A DNA stretch of 64,000 nucleotides from Vulcanimicrobiota bacterium (GTDB lineage Bacteria; Vulcanimicrobiota; Xenobia; Xenobiales; JADMJV01): assembly GCA_050250895.1 (NCBI GenBank), contig JBFWNU010000003.1:64001-128000 (forward strand), in the 5' to 3' direction. Within the stretch, counting starts at the first letter, position 1; every line of letters begins with the position of its first letter. The translations under genes and the position numbers were made by a program. The notes beneath the pieces are model-generated. The model was not told where the DNA came from. It searched no databases and saw only the letters and a program-made list of their open reading frames with translations. Shown here piece after piece: positions 9,333 through 19,394 of the stretch.

Positions 9333-9795
9333 AAAGCCATTCGGTAGCCAGCACCTGGTCCCAGCCGAAGTCGGCCTCGAAGGCCTGGTGCAACCTGGGA
9401 GTGAGCTGGTTGTGGGCAAAGGCGATGGCGGCCTGCAGGTGGTCGTCGTTGAAAGCGCCTGATTTTTCGCGGTTGTCAGCGTAGAGAAAGCCGGCCAGCC
9501 TGGTCTGCCGCGAGAAGAGGGGCACGAACAGGACCGAGCGCAAGCTCGACAGCACGGCGCTGGTCTGGTGCTTGAACTTGTTGTGCTTGACGGCGTCGTA
9601 GAAGATCATCGGCTCGGCCTCGTCGAGCAAAGACTGGATCAGGGTGTGAGAAAGTTCGCCGGTGGTCCACAGAGTGGCCGCCTCGAAGCCATGGGCCAGG
9701 CCGAAGCCAGCGTAGTGCACGATGGCCCGCTCGCCCCCGAGCCGGTCGGTCAAGAAGCTCAGACCCTGTGCCAGAACGCTCCGCGCAGTCCCCAT
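9331..9795 (-). CDS. Stand-alone GAF domain protein
   Basis: LRSVLFVPL...[16 protein letters not shown]. Start chosen to avoid overlap with the divergent permease. Confidence 0.75.
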   Translation of the reverse strand: MGTARSVLAQGLSFLTDRLGGERAIVHYAGFGLAHGFEAATLWTTGELSHTLIQSLLDEAEPMIFYDAVKHNKFKHQTSAVLSSLRSVLFVPLFSRQTRLAGFLYADNREKSGAFNDDHLQAAIAFAHNQLTPRLHQAFEADFGWDQVLATEWL

Positions 9796-9850
9796 CGAAA
9801 AGCGCTTTCGGCAACAGGCGACCAGCCCCTCTGCCAGGAACAGACCCCAG

Positions 9851-11518
9851 ATGATGGCCCTGGCTGCTGCCTGCCCGATTCTGCTGGCTGCCCTCCTACT
9901 GGTTGGGGCGCGCTGGCCGGCCCGTTTTGCCATGCCGCTGACCTTCTTCATCGCGGCCGGGATGGGCCTGGGGGTCTGGGGCATGCGGGGCGAGGTGATC
10001 ATCGCCTCGGCCATCCAGGGCCTGGGAGTTACCCTCGAACTCCTCTACATCATCTTCGGGGCCCTGTTCTTGCTCAACACCCTCAAGCACTCGGGAGCGA
10101 TGAAAGCGATCCGGCGCGGCTTCACCAATCACAGCAAGGACCGACGGGTTCAGTTGGTGCTGGTGGCCTGGTTGTTCGGCTCGTTTCTCGAGGGCGCCTC
10201 GGGCTTTGGCACTCCTGCGGCTATCGCCGCTCCGCTGCTGGTAGCGCTGGGCTTTCCGGCCGCCTGTGCGGTCATGCTGGGCATGATGGTCCAGAGCACG
10301 GCGGTCACTTTCGGTGCGGTGGGCACTCCCATCCTGATCGGGGTCAATCAAGGCCTGGCCAGCCCCGAGTTCACGGCCCAACTGGCCGCGGCCGGCATGA
10401 CCATGCCCCAGTATCTCTACCAGGTGGGCGTCCGCTGCGCTGTTTTTCATGCCCTGGTCGGCACCTTCATGCCGCTCTTGATGGTGGCCATGATGACTCG
10501 CTTTTTCGGCAACAAGGGCACCTTCCGCGAGGGCCTCGACATCTGGCCCTTCGCCCTTTTCGGCGGGCTGGCTTTCACCGTTCCTTACCTGGTGACCGGC
10601 ATCGTGCTCGGGCCCGAGTTTCCCACGCTGCTGGGCTCGTTGATCGGACTGGGGACGGTCTCGCTGGTCACTCGCAACGGCTTTTTGTTGCCCAAGGACG
10701 AGTGGGATTTTCCCCCTCGCCCGGTCTGGAAGCCCGAGTGGATGGGCAAGTTCGAGATTCGCTCCGACTTCGAGCCCGGTGGCATGTCGACGGTGACGGC
10801 CTGGGTGCCCTACCTCATGGTGGCGGCCCTGCTGGTGGTGACCCGGGTGCCGGAACTGGCCATCGGTCCCTGGCTCAAGAGTGTGCAGCTCAATTGGAAC
10901 GGCATCCTTGGCACTCAGGTCAACATGTCGCTGAGCCCGCTTTATCTGCCGGGGACGGCCATGCTGGTGGGTTGTCTCATCACTTACTTCCTGCACGGCA
11001 TGCAGACTCGCGACCTGGGGGCCGCCTTCAAAGAATCGGTGAGCGTGCTGTGGGGAGCGGGCTTCGTGTTGGTGTTCACGGTGCCCATGGTGCGCATCTA
11101 CATCAACTCGGGCATCAATACGGCCGGGCTACCCGGCATGCCGGTGGCCATGGCCGAAGGCGTGGCCTCGATCTTCGGTCCCATCTGGCCGCTCTTCGCT
11201 CCGGCCGTAGGGGCGCTGGGGGCGTTCATCGCCGGCAGCAACACGGTGAGCAACCTCATGCTCAGCCTGTTTCAGTTCCAGGTGGCCACCCAGATGAAGC
11301 TGTCCGGCGCGCTGTGCGTGGCCCTGCAAGCGGTGGGCGCCGCGGCCGGCAACATGGTGGCCATCCACAACGTGGTGGCCGCCTCGGCCACGGTGGGCAT
11401 GCTCGATGAGGAGGGAACGACCATGCGCAAGACCATCATTCCCACCCTCTATTATGTTGCCGCCGCCGGCTGGCTGGGCCTGCTGGCTCTGCCGTTCTGG
11501 CCCGATCCCTTCAGCTAG
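9851..11518 (+). CDS. lldP: L-lactate permease
   Basis: [30 protein letters not shown] and GAAAGNM motifs. Confidence 0.9.
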   Translation: MMALAAACPILLAALLLVGARWPARFAMPLTFFIAAGMGLGVWGMRGEVIIASAIQGLGVTLELLYIIFGALFLLNTLKHSGAMKAIRRGFTNHSKDRRVQLVLVAWLFGSFLEGASGFGTPAAIAAPLLVALGFPAACAVMLGMMVQSTAVTFGAVGTPILIGVNQGLASPEFTAQLAAAGMTMPQYLYQVGVRCAVFHALVGTFMPLLMVAMMTRFFGNKGTFREGLDIWPFALFGGLAFTVPYLVTGIVLGPEFPTLLGSLIGLGTVSLVTRNGFLLPKDEWDFPPRPVWKPEWMGKFEIRSDFEPGGMSTVTAWVPYLMVAALLVVTRVPELAIGPWLKSVQLNWNGILGTQVNMSLSPLYLPGTAMLVGCLITYFLHGMQTRDLGAAFKESVSVLWGAGFVLVFTVPMVRIYINSGINTAGLPGMPVAMAEGVASIFGPIWPLFAPAVGALGAFIAGSNTVSNLMLSLFQFQVATQMKLSGALCVALQAVGAAAGNMVAIHNVVAASATVGMLDEEGTTMRKTIIPTLYYVAAAGWLGLLALPFWPDPFS

Positions 11519-11544
11519 TGTTGGGGCGAATACGGCCTCCTCGC

Positions 11545-12282
11545 TCATCTGACCACCGGGGCTAGCTCCAGCAACCGTTGGGGGTGGTTGGTGGTAATGG
11601 CTTCGACGCCCAGAGCCAGCATGGCCTTCATTGCCTCGGGGTGGTCGACGGTCCAGGTGCTGACCTTCAGTCCCAGTCGGTGCGCTTTGTCCACGAAGGC
11701 TCGATTCACCAGGGCATAATGGGGGGCGGCGTAGGTGGCTCCCAGTTCCAGCACCTCTTCGAGCCGCTCGGGACGGCCAAACAGCAATCCGGTGGCCACG
11801 GCCGGGGCCAAAGCATGAACGGTGCGCACGCTTTCGCGGTCAAACGAGATGACCACCGCTCGCTCCAGGCAGCGATGAGCCCTCAGCTCGTCGAGCACGG
11901 CCTCTTCTAGCCCCTGATAGCGGGCACCCGGAGGATGCTTGAGTTCGACGAAGGGGCGGGCCGAGCCGACGGCCTCGAGGGCCTCACCCAGGCTGGGCAC
12001 TCCGGCCGCCTGGAGTTCGGCCAGGGTCAGCTCGTTCACCCGGCCCACCTGCCCGAAGGTGCGCACCAGCGTGTGGTCGTGAATCACGACCACTTGCCCG
12101 TCGCGGCTGAGATGCACGTCAAACTCGACCGCGTCGACTCCCAGGGCTACGGCTTTGGCCAGGGTGGCGGGCATGTTCTCGGGGCCCAGGGCCCCGCCTC
12201 GGTGGGCCACCACCCAGGGGTCGGCCAGGGCGGCCGCCGTCAAGAGCAAAAGGGCGACCAGCGCCCGCAATAACGATCTCAT
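11545..12282 (-). CDS. Glycerophosphodiester phosphodiesterase, exported
   Basis: Signal peptide, AHRGG, PEN, EFDV, HD, ELK, WTVD and ITTN. Confidence 0.9.
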   Translation of the reverse strand: MRSLLRALVALLLLTAAALADPWVVAHRGGALGPENMPATLAKAVALGVDAVEFDVHLSRDGQVVVIHDHTLVRTFGQVGRVNELTLAELQAAGVPSLGEALEAVGSARPFVELKHPPGARYQGLEEAVLDELRAHRCLERAVVISFDRESVRTVHALAPAVATGLLFGRPERLEEVLELGATYAAPHYALVNRAFVDKAHRLGLKVSTWTVDHPEAMKAMLALGVEAITTNHPQRLLELAPVVR

Positions 12283-12318
12283 CCGGCGGCTTTCGCAGCC
12301 TCAGGCGGTGAAGCCTCG

Positions 12319-13686
12319 TCAGGCGGGTTGGAGGAAGCGCTCCAGGCCGGGGTGGTCGCACAGTTGCTGGGCCCGGCGGGCCAGGCGATCGGCCTGCTCG
12401 CGGTCGCCGGTGCGCCAGCACAGGTGAGCCCAATAGCCGAGATAGCGGCCAAGTTTGCGTTCCGACAGCTCGAGAGCGGCGCGGGTGGCCGGGTTGGCTT
12501 TGCGCAGGCGGCGTTCGGCCGCTTTGGCCAGGCCGCGGGCTTCGCGAGTTGCGCCCAGGCATTCAGCCAGCTCTTTCTGGAGCTGGGCCGTGCGAGCGTG
12601 GCGCCGCCCCAGTACCTGCTCGGTGATGCGGGTGGCTTCGCGGAGGGCTTTCTCGGCTTGACCGTTCGAGCAATGGCCAAATAGGCGCAGGCGGTCGGCG
12701 ATTTCGAGGCGGGTGTCTTTGCTGGCCCGAGCCTCGAGGTTGAGCAGGCGGGTCAGCACGGCTTCGGCTTGAGCCACCTCGCCGCGGGCATAAAGCACCG
12801 TCATGAGATGGTGCAGCGACTGGGCCACCCGGGGGCTACTGAGGCCCTGGCTGGTCTCGGCGTGGGTGAGATAGATCCGATAGCACTCTTCCGCCTGTTC
12901 GAAGCGGCCCTGGGCGTGCAGGCAGCCGCCCAGGCTGGCCACGATCTCGAGGTCGGAAGAGAACTCTCGGGCTTTGCGCAGATACAGTTCGGCCTTCTCG
13001 AAGTCATACTCGAGCATCACCACCTGGCCGAGTTGATGGAGAATGGCGGCGGCCTGGGCGCTGCGGGGGCCGAACTTTGCCTCGTGCATTCGCAGCGAAT
13101 GGCGCAGGAAGGCGGCGGCCAGCATGGGGCGACGGGCCTGCAGGGCCAATTCTGCCAGGTGGCGGGCCACCGGGGGCATCGTGGTGTCGACCTGACGGCC
13201 ATAGATACGGGCGCAGATCTGCTCGGCCGACTCGAGCAGTTCGGGACTGTTGCGAACCTGGCTGAGCTTGCCCAGGATATTGGCGTAGCGACTGGTGTTG
13301 CGGCCCAGGCTCTGGGCGAACGAGGCGGCCTGTTCGATCAGGGCCGAATCGGTGACCTTGCCCCAGACGTCATCTCCGACCAGGGCCAAAAGCGCCGAGG
13401 CAGTGGCGGCGTGATCGGGGCCGTGGGCTTTGCGGCGGAGCTTATAGGCTTCCAGCTGCAGGTCGCTGCCCCGGGGGTCCCACCGGGCCTGATGCAGGCG
13501 GGCCAGAGCCTCGACGGTTTCGAGCCGGCGGGGGTCGCGCTTGGAGAACATTTTGTCGGCCCGCGAGCGGGCTCTGATAAGATGACGCTCGGCCGTTGCG
13601 AGGTCGCCTCGGTCGAGGGCCGCCCGGCCCAGTTCGAGGTCTTGATTCCAGCCCTTTTTGAAAAATATCCTTCGTACCAGGCGCAT
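12319..13686 (-). CDS. Tetratricopeptide repeat protein
   Basis: Repeated kinesin-light-chain-like TPR patterns (e.g. LGGCLHAQGRFEQAEECY). TATAAT lies upstream. Confidence 0.8.
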   Translation of the reverse strand: MRLVRRIFFKKGWNQDLELGRAALDRGDLATAERHLIRARSRADKMFSKRDPRRLETVEALARLHQARWDPRGSDLQLEAYKLRRKAHGPDHAATASALLALVGDDVWGKVTDSALIEQAASFAQSLGRNTSRYANILGKLSQVRNSPELLESAEQICARIYGRQVDTTMPPVARHLAELALQARRPMLAAAFLRHSLRMHEAKFGPRSAQAAAILHQLGQVVMLEYDFEKAELYLRKAREFSSDLEIVASLGGCLHAQGRFEQAEECYRIYLTHAETSQGLSSPRVAQSLHHLMTVLYARGEVAQAEAVLTRLLNLEARASKDTRLEIADRLRLFGHCSNGQAEKALREATRITEQVLGRRHARTAQLQKELAECLGATREARGLAKAAERRLRKANPATRAALELSERKLGRYLGYWAHLCWRTGDREQADRLARRAQQLCDHPGLERFLQPA

Positions 13687-13741
13687 TAGCGAGTCCTCTC
13701 AGTTCTGCTCGGGTCGTCGTTTATTATAGTAGAGAATCGGC

Positions 13742-14233
13742 CTAAAGGGAAGATTCTTCCCGAAACTCTCCGGCCCGCAAAAGGTAGCGTGACTGGCGCG
13801 GAACCTGGGGTCGAAGGTCGAGGGTGTCGACCCGGTCGATCTCGCCTTCCAGGACCGTGAAGTTCCATGGGGGGAGGTGGTCGAGGCTGCCATAAATGCG
13901 ACTTCGGGTCTCGGACGAAACCTTAGTCCAGAATCGGTCCCGCACGGCTCCCTCCTCGAGCGGTCGCATGTGACCGGCCAGGCGCAACTGAACGGGGTCG
14001 TCGAGGGCGGCCAGGCACAGCTCGAAGCGACTATCGCGAGCCAGTTGCTCGACCTTGGCCGAATTGCGATCGCAACACGTATAGATCAAGTGACGCTGCA
14101 AGTTGAAACCGCACACTCTCACCGTTCTGACCCGCGGCGAACCGTCAAGGTCAACGGTGGCAAGCCAGGCCGAGGGAAAGGTGGCAGCCTTGCGCGCTTG
14201 ATGAAAAAGCTCGACCGCACCCGCTGGTAGCAT
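13742..14233 (-). CDS. Pyridoxamine 5'-phosphate oxidase-like FMN-binding protein
   Basis: LATVDLDGSPRVRTV, D..SAKV.QL and QLRLAG. Confidence 0.8.
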   Translation of the reverse strand: MLPAGAVELFHQARKAATFPSAWLATVDLDGSPRVRTVRVCGFNLQRHLIYTCCDRNSAKVEQLARDSRFELCLAALDDPVQLRLAGHMRPLEEGAVRDRFWTKVSSETRSRIYGSLDHLPPWNFTVLEGEIDRVDTLDLRPQVPRQSRYLLRAGEFREESSL

Positions 14234-14304
14234 GGGCTGGCACTACGACAGTCGGGCGAGTTTTCCCGGCAGGAGCCAAAAACGCTCGAAGAGAACCTCG
14301 GCAG

Positions 14305-15069
14305 GTGGCTGTTTCCAACGATTTTCTGATTGCAGTCCGGAGAGTCCTCAACGAAACTCGGCAAGACCGTCACTGTCGTCCCATGCTCGAAAAGCGTGAC
14401 ACCGACGTGCTAGTGCCGTTCCTGGGCTGCAAAACCCCCACCTACCTATTTCTCGGCGCTTGCCCGGTCGGTTATGACCTGGAGGGGGTGCCTCGCAAAG
14501 CCGACGAGTATATCGACTATGCCACCGGCTATTTCGGACGGGCTGATACCGATAAGGCTCCCTTTGTGCAATGCCTGCCCTTCACAGCCAACCACCATGA
14601 AGACTACACCACCTTCGGGCAGGTGGCCATGGTGGCGAACATCGTGCCCGTGCCGGCCGAGCGCTCGAGCGAGGTGTCCGTGCCTTTGCTCGAACAGTGC
14701 TGGCCTCGTATGGCCAACTTGATTTCGGCGGTCAAGCCGAAGTTGTTGCTGTGTCACGGCTCGGCCGCCTGGAAGTTTCTGGCCGGCCTCGAAGACGGCC
14801 ACGACCCCGTCTTCACCGAACTGCCTGAAGGTCACCGGTTGGCTCTCAAGGACGTCTTTCAGAAGGTGCCGGGCAACCAGTTGCCCTTCAAGACCAGCTT
14901 GCGCGAACTCGACGGAGACCCGCTCTGGATTTTGCCTCTGCCCAACCTGGGTAAGTCGGCTCCGGCTCGGGCCGACCGCGAGAAGGGCGAAGAGGGTTTG
15001 GCCCAGGCACGGCGCCTTCTCTATGATCAGCCGTCCCGCTCGAGGATTCGAGTGCGTCGACCCGGATGA
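14305..15069 (+). CDS. Hypothetical protein, uracil-DNA-glycosylase-like fold
   Basis: LFLGACP, ISAVKPKLLLCHGSAA and LPLPNLG follow UDG-superfamily motif order, but the HPS motif is degenerate. Confidence 0.45.
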   Translation: MAVSNDFLIAVRRVLNETRQDRHCRPMLEKRDTDVLVPFLGCKTPTYLFLGACPVGYDLEGVPRKADEYIDYATGYFGRADTDKAPFVQCLPFTANHHEDYTTFGQVAMVANIVPVPAERSSEVSVPLLEQCWPRMANLISAVKPKLLLCHGSAAWKFLAGLEDGHDPVFTELPEGHRLALKDVFQKVPGNQLPFKTSLRELDGDPLWILPLPNLGKSAPARADREKGEEGLAQARRLLYDQPSRSRIRVRRPG

Positions 15070-15500
15070 GCGGAACTCGCGTCATCGTGTTGGTGATCGG
15101 GGCGGCCCTTGTGGCTGCCTCGATTCTCTCTTACACCATGGGAAGGCCCCAGGAGGAACTCTCGCGTCAGGAACTCGAGTCGTATACAGGCACTACCCTT
15201 CCAGTCAGAATATTTGACCTTCACGCCCTCCGCTACAAAGGTCTGGTTTTTGCTCGCTTCGAGCTCGAACCGAGTGAACTGGCCGAATGGCAGAAATCCC
15301 TGTCCGGTTGGGAAGAGGGGCTTCGTCCTCGGGGGATGGAGCTCAAGCTCGAGCGGGACTGGTGGAAGCCTGGTGAACTGACCGAAGTCACCGGGCGACA
15401 GGTAAGCGGCGTTTCCTTGATGGCCGCCGCGGCCTCGGGTAACCGGGTGGTGTGCTATATGTTTGGAGATGGCGGCGAGATGTTGCCGTCAAATCCATAA
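15066..15500 (+). CDS. Hypothetical membrane-anchored protein
   Basis: ATGA overlap and an N-terminal hydrophobic helix. Confidence 0.6.
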   Translation: MSGTRVIVLVIGAALVAASILSYTMGRPQEELSRQELESYTGTTLPVRIFDLHALRYKGLVFARFELEPSELAEWQKSLSGWEEGLRPRGMELKLERDWWKPGELTEVTGRQVSGVSLMAAAASGNRVVCYMFGDGGEMLPSNP

Positions 15501-15503
15501 CGT

Positions 15504-15539
15504 TTTACATTTTGCTTACATTGTTAAACAGGCTGTAAC
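15504..15539. promoter_or_regulatory. TTTAC/CTTAC/TAAAC/GTAAC repeats at 10-11 bp period
   Basis: Pentamers at 15504, 15515, 15525 and 15535 in an AT-rich patch upstream of the CHAP gene. Confidence 0.5.
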
Positions 15540-15599
15540 CACACTCTTCTTTCTCCAATACTGTGCAGCCGCTATTATGTTAGTAAGGAGAGAGAGACC

Positions 15600-16379
15600 A
15601 TGAATATTTTTGGACCTCAGACAGGATTCGGTATGCCGATGATGGGTGGACCCATGGGCATGATGAATCCGCTACAGATGATTCTTCAGCTTTTGGTTGG
15701 CCTGCTCAGCGGAATGATGGGCGGGCAGATGGGCGGCCCCTTCGGTGGTGGCGGCCCCGGCGGGGGATGTTTTAGCCCCGGCTTCAATCCTGGTTTCGGC
15801 GGAGGCGGCGGCGGCTGCGGTAGTTGCGGCGGCGGTTTTCCCGGCTCCAACGGATTCTTGGGCGGCGGCAATGGTGGCGGCCCGATTTCGAATTTCAACG
15901 CAGCCAACTTGCCCAACGGTCGCATTAGCGGCAGCGGGCAGGGCACCGATGCCGTCAACTGGGCTCTGACCCAGGAAGGCGTTAGCGAGCGCAACAACCC
16001 CGACACCGTTCGGGCCTACTCGCGGGGCCGCTGGCAATCGTGGTGCGCCGACTTCGTGTCGACCGCTTACGAACGCACCGGTGGCTCCCCCTGGGGACAC
16101 CAGTCCTCGGTGCAGGGCATCCTCGATTGGGGACGTCGCAACCCTGGCCACTTCCTCAGCGCCAATCAGGCTCGCCAGAACCCTGGCTCGCTCAAAGTCG
16201 GCGATGTGGTGGTCTGGAAGCAGAACGGCAAGTCCCACGTGGGTCTGTTGACCGGCGTGAATCCCAACGGAACCTTCAATACCATCGAAGGCAACACCAG
16301 TGACCGGGTCGCCCGGCGAACCCACTCTTTCAGCAGCAATCAGCTGACTGGCTTTGTGCGGGGACGCGGCACCTACTAG
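15600..16379 (+). CDS. CHAP-domain amidase with Gly/Met-rich N-terminus
   Basis: WCADFVS, GDVVVW, SHVGL and TIEGNT; AAGGAG RBS. Confidence 0.85.
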   Translation: MNIFGPQTGFGMPMMGGPMGMMNPLQMILQLLVGLLSGMMGGQMGGPFGGGGPGGGCFSPGFNPGFGGGGGGCGSCGGGFPGSNGFLGGGNGGGPISNFNAANLPNGRISGSGQGTDAVNWALTQEGVSERNNPDTVRAYSRGRWQSWCADFVSTAYERTGGSPWGHQSSVQGILDWGRRNPGHFLSANQARQNPGSLKVGDVVVWKQNGKSHVGLLTGVNPNGTFNTIEGNTSDRVARRTHSFSSNQLTGFVRGRGTY

Positions 16380-16407
16380 GCTCTTAAGGCCTCATCTCTC
16401 AGTCTCG

Positions 16408-16439
16408 AACGGCGCCTCACGAGGGCGCCGTTTTCTCTT
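16408..16439 (+). terminator. Intrinsic terminator
   Basis: AACGGCGCC-loop-GGCGCCGTT followed by TTCTCTT. Confidence 0.75.
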
Positions 16440-16476
16440 GCGAAGGGATGGGTGAAAGCGGTTCGAACTCTACTGC

Positions 16477-16968
16477 GTGTCACAGTTCGAGGAGAGCATC
16501 CTGGTGTCGCTGCGCCGCATCTCGCGCGCCATCGGAATGCACAGTCGCCAGCTCAAGAAAGACTTCCACCTGACCGCGCCGCAGCTCGTGTGTCTGCGTC
16601 AGTTGAGCCAGGGACCGAGTTCGGCCGGGCAGTTAGCCCGGGCCGTTTCTTTGAGTCCCGGCACCGTCACCGGCATTCTCGATCGTCTCGAGGCCCGGGG
16701 GCTGGTCGAGCGGCGCCGTTCGCAGCTGGATAAACGGCGGGTCGAGGTGGCCCTCACGACGGCTGCCGAGAGCCTGATCCGGCAGGCTCCCACCCCCCTG
16801 CATCAGAGCTTTTCGCAGCGCCTACGAGCTTTGCCCGATGAAGAGCAGCACAACATCGATGAGACCCTGCAAAAGATCGTGGCCATGATGGAGGCTCAGC
16901 AACTGGATGCTGCTCCTTTGCTGTCGGAAGAGACGGTTTTGAGCGAAGCAGACGACGGCATGCCTTGA
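16477..16968 (+). CDS. MarR-family regulator (EctR-like)
   Basis: SLRRISRAI..HSRQL, LTAPQL, GTVTGILDRLE, DKRRV and a DAAPLL tail. Confidence 0.88.
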   Translation: MSQFEESILVSLRRISRAIGMHSRQLKKDFHLTAPQLVCLRQLSQGPSSAGQLARAVSLSPGTVTGILDRLEARGLVERRRSQLDKRRVEVALTTAAESLIRQAPTPLHQSFSQRLRALPDEEQHNIDETLQKIVAMMEAQQLDAAPLLSEETVLSEADDGMP

Positions 16969-16975
16969 TCTTCTT

Positions 16976-17012
16976 GTTGCTTTGTGTTAAAAAGGTTTCT
17001 GCACAAAGCAAC
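16976..17012. promoter_or_regulatory. 11-bp perfect inverted repeat (operator or hairpin)
   Basis: GTTGCTTTGTG-N15-CACAAAGCAAC lies immediately before the GGAGG RBS. Confidence 0.55.
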
Positions 17013-17025
17013 CTGGAGGTGGAAC

Positions 17026-17949
17026 ATGCCCACTCTCAAACTTCCCGATACAGAAACCGTGCTAGCTTCTTTGTCGGCTGTAGCCTCAGAGCACGTTTCG
17101 GAGGAGACGGTCTCGTTTAACCTGCCGGTGGCCGACTGTCCCGCAGTGCTCGACCCTTATAACCAGCGCCTGAAGGTCTATGACCTCGGCGCTGGCGAGT
17201 TGACAGCTAGCCTGGCCGAGGTGGGGGAGGGCTCCACCGACCTGATCGGCAAAGTGACGGCTTATGCCCTTCCAGGGGACGGGCGCGACTGGACCGAGAT
17301 GGGTTTTCGGCGCGAAGCTGTCATTCGAGGCTTCTATTCTGACGGCGTCGACGCTCACCTGTGGGCCGCCTACGCCGACCCGGAACGCCTCACTTCGGCC
17401 AACGAGCCGGTGCATCAGGCCGGGGTGGCCATCGCCCAGTCGAAAGGGCGGTTGCTGGCGCCCGAGTTGCCGGAGGGCTTCGACTGCCGTATCGCCGAGC
17501 CCGGTGACGCCGAACAGATCGCCGGCTTGATGGCCCAGACCTTTGAAGACTATCCCACCCCCATCGAAAGCGAGTTGATCAACGAGCAGATTCGCACGCT
17601 CGCCAACCATTTTCGAGTGGTAGAGGATAACGAGGGACAACTGGCGGCGGTGGCCTCAGCCGAGATCGACCACAGTCGGGCTTCGGCCGAGATGACCGAC
17701 TGCGCGACCCGCCTCGACCTGCGGGGTAAAGGCCTGATGGCCTACATCCTCGACCGCCTCGAGCGCGACTTGCGGAGCCGGTTCGGCATCACTGACCTCT
17801 ACACTCTGGCCAGGGCCGACGAGATCGGTATGAACTGCGTGTTTTCCAAGCTGGGCTATGACTTTTCGGGCCGCCTGATCAATAACTGCCGTATGCCCAA
17901 CGGCTGGGAATCGATGAACGTCTGGTGCAAAAGCGCCGTGCCTATCTGA
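17026..17949 (+). CDS. ablB: Putative beta-lysine N6-acetyltransferase
   Basis: DPYNQRL, F..YPTPI, ASAE, AEMTDCAT, YTLARA, GMN and GRLINN..ESMNVW match the AblB/YodP family. Confidence 0.85.
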   Translation: MPTLKLPDTETVLASLSAVASEHVSEETVSFNLPVADCPAVLDPYNQRLKVYDLGAGELTASLAEVGEGSTDLIGKVTAYALPGDGRDWTEMGFRREAVIRGFYSDGVDAHLWAAYADPERLTSANEPVHQAGVAIAQSKGRLLAPELPEGFDCRIAEPGDAEQIAGLMAQTFEDYPTPIESELINEQIRTLANHFRVVEDNEGQLAAVASAEIDHSRASAEMTDCATRLDLRGKGLMAYILDRLERDLRSRFGITDLYTLARADEIGMNCVFSKLGYDFSGRLINNCRMPNGWESMNVWCKSAVPI

Positions 17950-19394
17950 TTGTCGTCTGGCTCGCCCTGGCCGGCCTGGCCTGGGGCCAGGAGGGCGAGC
18001 TGAGGATGGCCATGTCGGGGGCTTTCGCGCCCTTCTCGACCATCGACGAACAGGGCCAACTGGTGGGGTTTGACGCCGACATCGCTCGGGCGCTTGCCAC
18101 CGCCATGGACCGGCGCGCTGTGCTGGTCCAGGTGGACTGGAGCGGCATCCAGGCCGGGCTGCAGAGTGGCAAATACGACCTCATCTGTGGCTCCATGGCC
18201 ATCACCCCCGAGCGCCTCGAGCGTATGCACTTCTCGCTTCCCTACTACGTCAGCGGAGCCCAGGTCTTCGCTTTCGGGCAGCGCCCGAAGCGGTTTGGGG
18301 TGACCGAGGATTCGACCTACGCCACCTATATTCGCGAGCATCCCCAGCTGTTTGGGCGAGCCGAGGTCGTTTATTACGGCAGCGAAGCCGAGATCCTCAC
18401 GGCCATGCGGGCCGACAAGATCGATGGCTTCGTGTCCGACCGAATCGTGGGAGGCTTCTATTTGTCGCGGGCTGGCGCCCCCGACATCGCGCCTCAGGGT
18501 GACCTTCTCTATCAAGAAGCATGCGGCATCGCGGCCCGGCTCGACGATGCCGAGCTGGTGCGCCAGGTCAACGCCGCCCTGCTGGAGCTGGTTCAGTCGG
18601 GGGAATACGACGCGATCTATCGCAAGTGGGTCGGCTCCGAGCCGGATTTGGACACCCTCTTTCGCCAGTGGGGGGCCTTCTCCAATCACATCCCCCAGGA
18701 CGGACAGGCCGGGCCCTCCACCCCCGGCCACAGCCAGAGCGGATGGGGAGACACCCTCACCTTGTTGGCCCGAGGAGCCCTGCTGACCATCGAACTCTCG
18801 CTCTTGACGGCCGGTCTGTCGCTGTTCACGGGTCTGGTGTTGGGCTTGGGGACCGTCTCGCCCAGCCCGGCTCTAGAGCGCCTCTCCCGCGGATACGTGG
18901 CCCTGGTGCGCGGCACTCCGCTGCTGGTCCAACTGTTCCTCAGCTATTTCGTGGTGGCCACCACGGTCAACCGGCTGGCCGGCTTCGAGCTGATGGGCGC
19001 CTTCTTGGCCGCCCTGCTAGCTCTGGTCGTCAACACCACCGCCTACAACGGCGAAACGATTCGGGGCGGCATCCAGGCTGTCGACGCGGGCCAGTGGGAT
19101 GCCGCCTATTCCTTGGGAATGACCCGGGCCAGGACGCTGCGCCGGGTCATCTTGCCCCAGGCGCTGCGCAACTCCATCCCGTCGTTGGGAAACAATCTGG
19201 TGGTGCTGGTCAAGGATACCTCACTGGTCGGCGCCATCACCCTCATCGAGCTGACGTACGCGGCCCGCAACGTGGTCTTCCAGACCGGCCAGGCTTTCGG
19301 GCCCTTCCTGCTGGCGGCCGCCTTCTATCTGGTCATCATCTCGGGGTTATCGTGGGCCGTGGGCAGCTGGGAGAAACGGTTGGCCACTCCGTGA
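17925..19394 (+). CDS. Polar amino-acid ABC transporter, fused substrate-binding protein and permease
   Basis: GFDADIA and ITPER in the SBP domain; RGTPLLVQLF, ETIRGGIQAV and VKDTSL in the permease. Confidence 0.9.
   Translation: MQKRRAYLIVVWLALAGLAWGQEGELRMAMSGAFAPFSTIDEQGQLVGFDADIARALATAMDRRAVLVQVDWSGIQAGLQSGKYDLICGSMAITPERLERMHFSLPYYVSGAQVFAFGQRPKRFGVTEDSTYATYIREHPQLFGRAEVVYYGSEAEILTAMRADKIDGFVSDRIVGGFYLSRAGAPDIAPQGDLLYQEACGIAARLDDAELVRQVNAALLELVQSGEYDAIYRKWVGSEPDLDTLFRQWGAFSNHIPQDGQAGPSTPGHSQSGWGDTLTLLARGALLTIELSLLTAGLSLFTGLVLGLGTVSPSPALERLSRGYVALVRGTPLLVQLFLSYFVVATTVNRLAGFELMGAFLAALLALVVNTTAYNGETIRGGIQAVDAGQWDAAYSLGMTRARTLRRVILPQALRNSIPSLGNNLVVLVKDTSLVGAITLIELTYAARNVVFQTGQAFGPFLLAAAFYLVIISGLSWAVGSWEKRLATP

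Noticed and set aside
9568-11409. 613-aa alternative-frame ORF, and similar ones at 28361..29626, 32746..34365 and the N-terminal part of 18521..20125
   Set aside because: These are GC-rich shadow frames overlapping well-supported genes and have no recognisable motifs.
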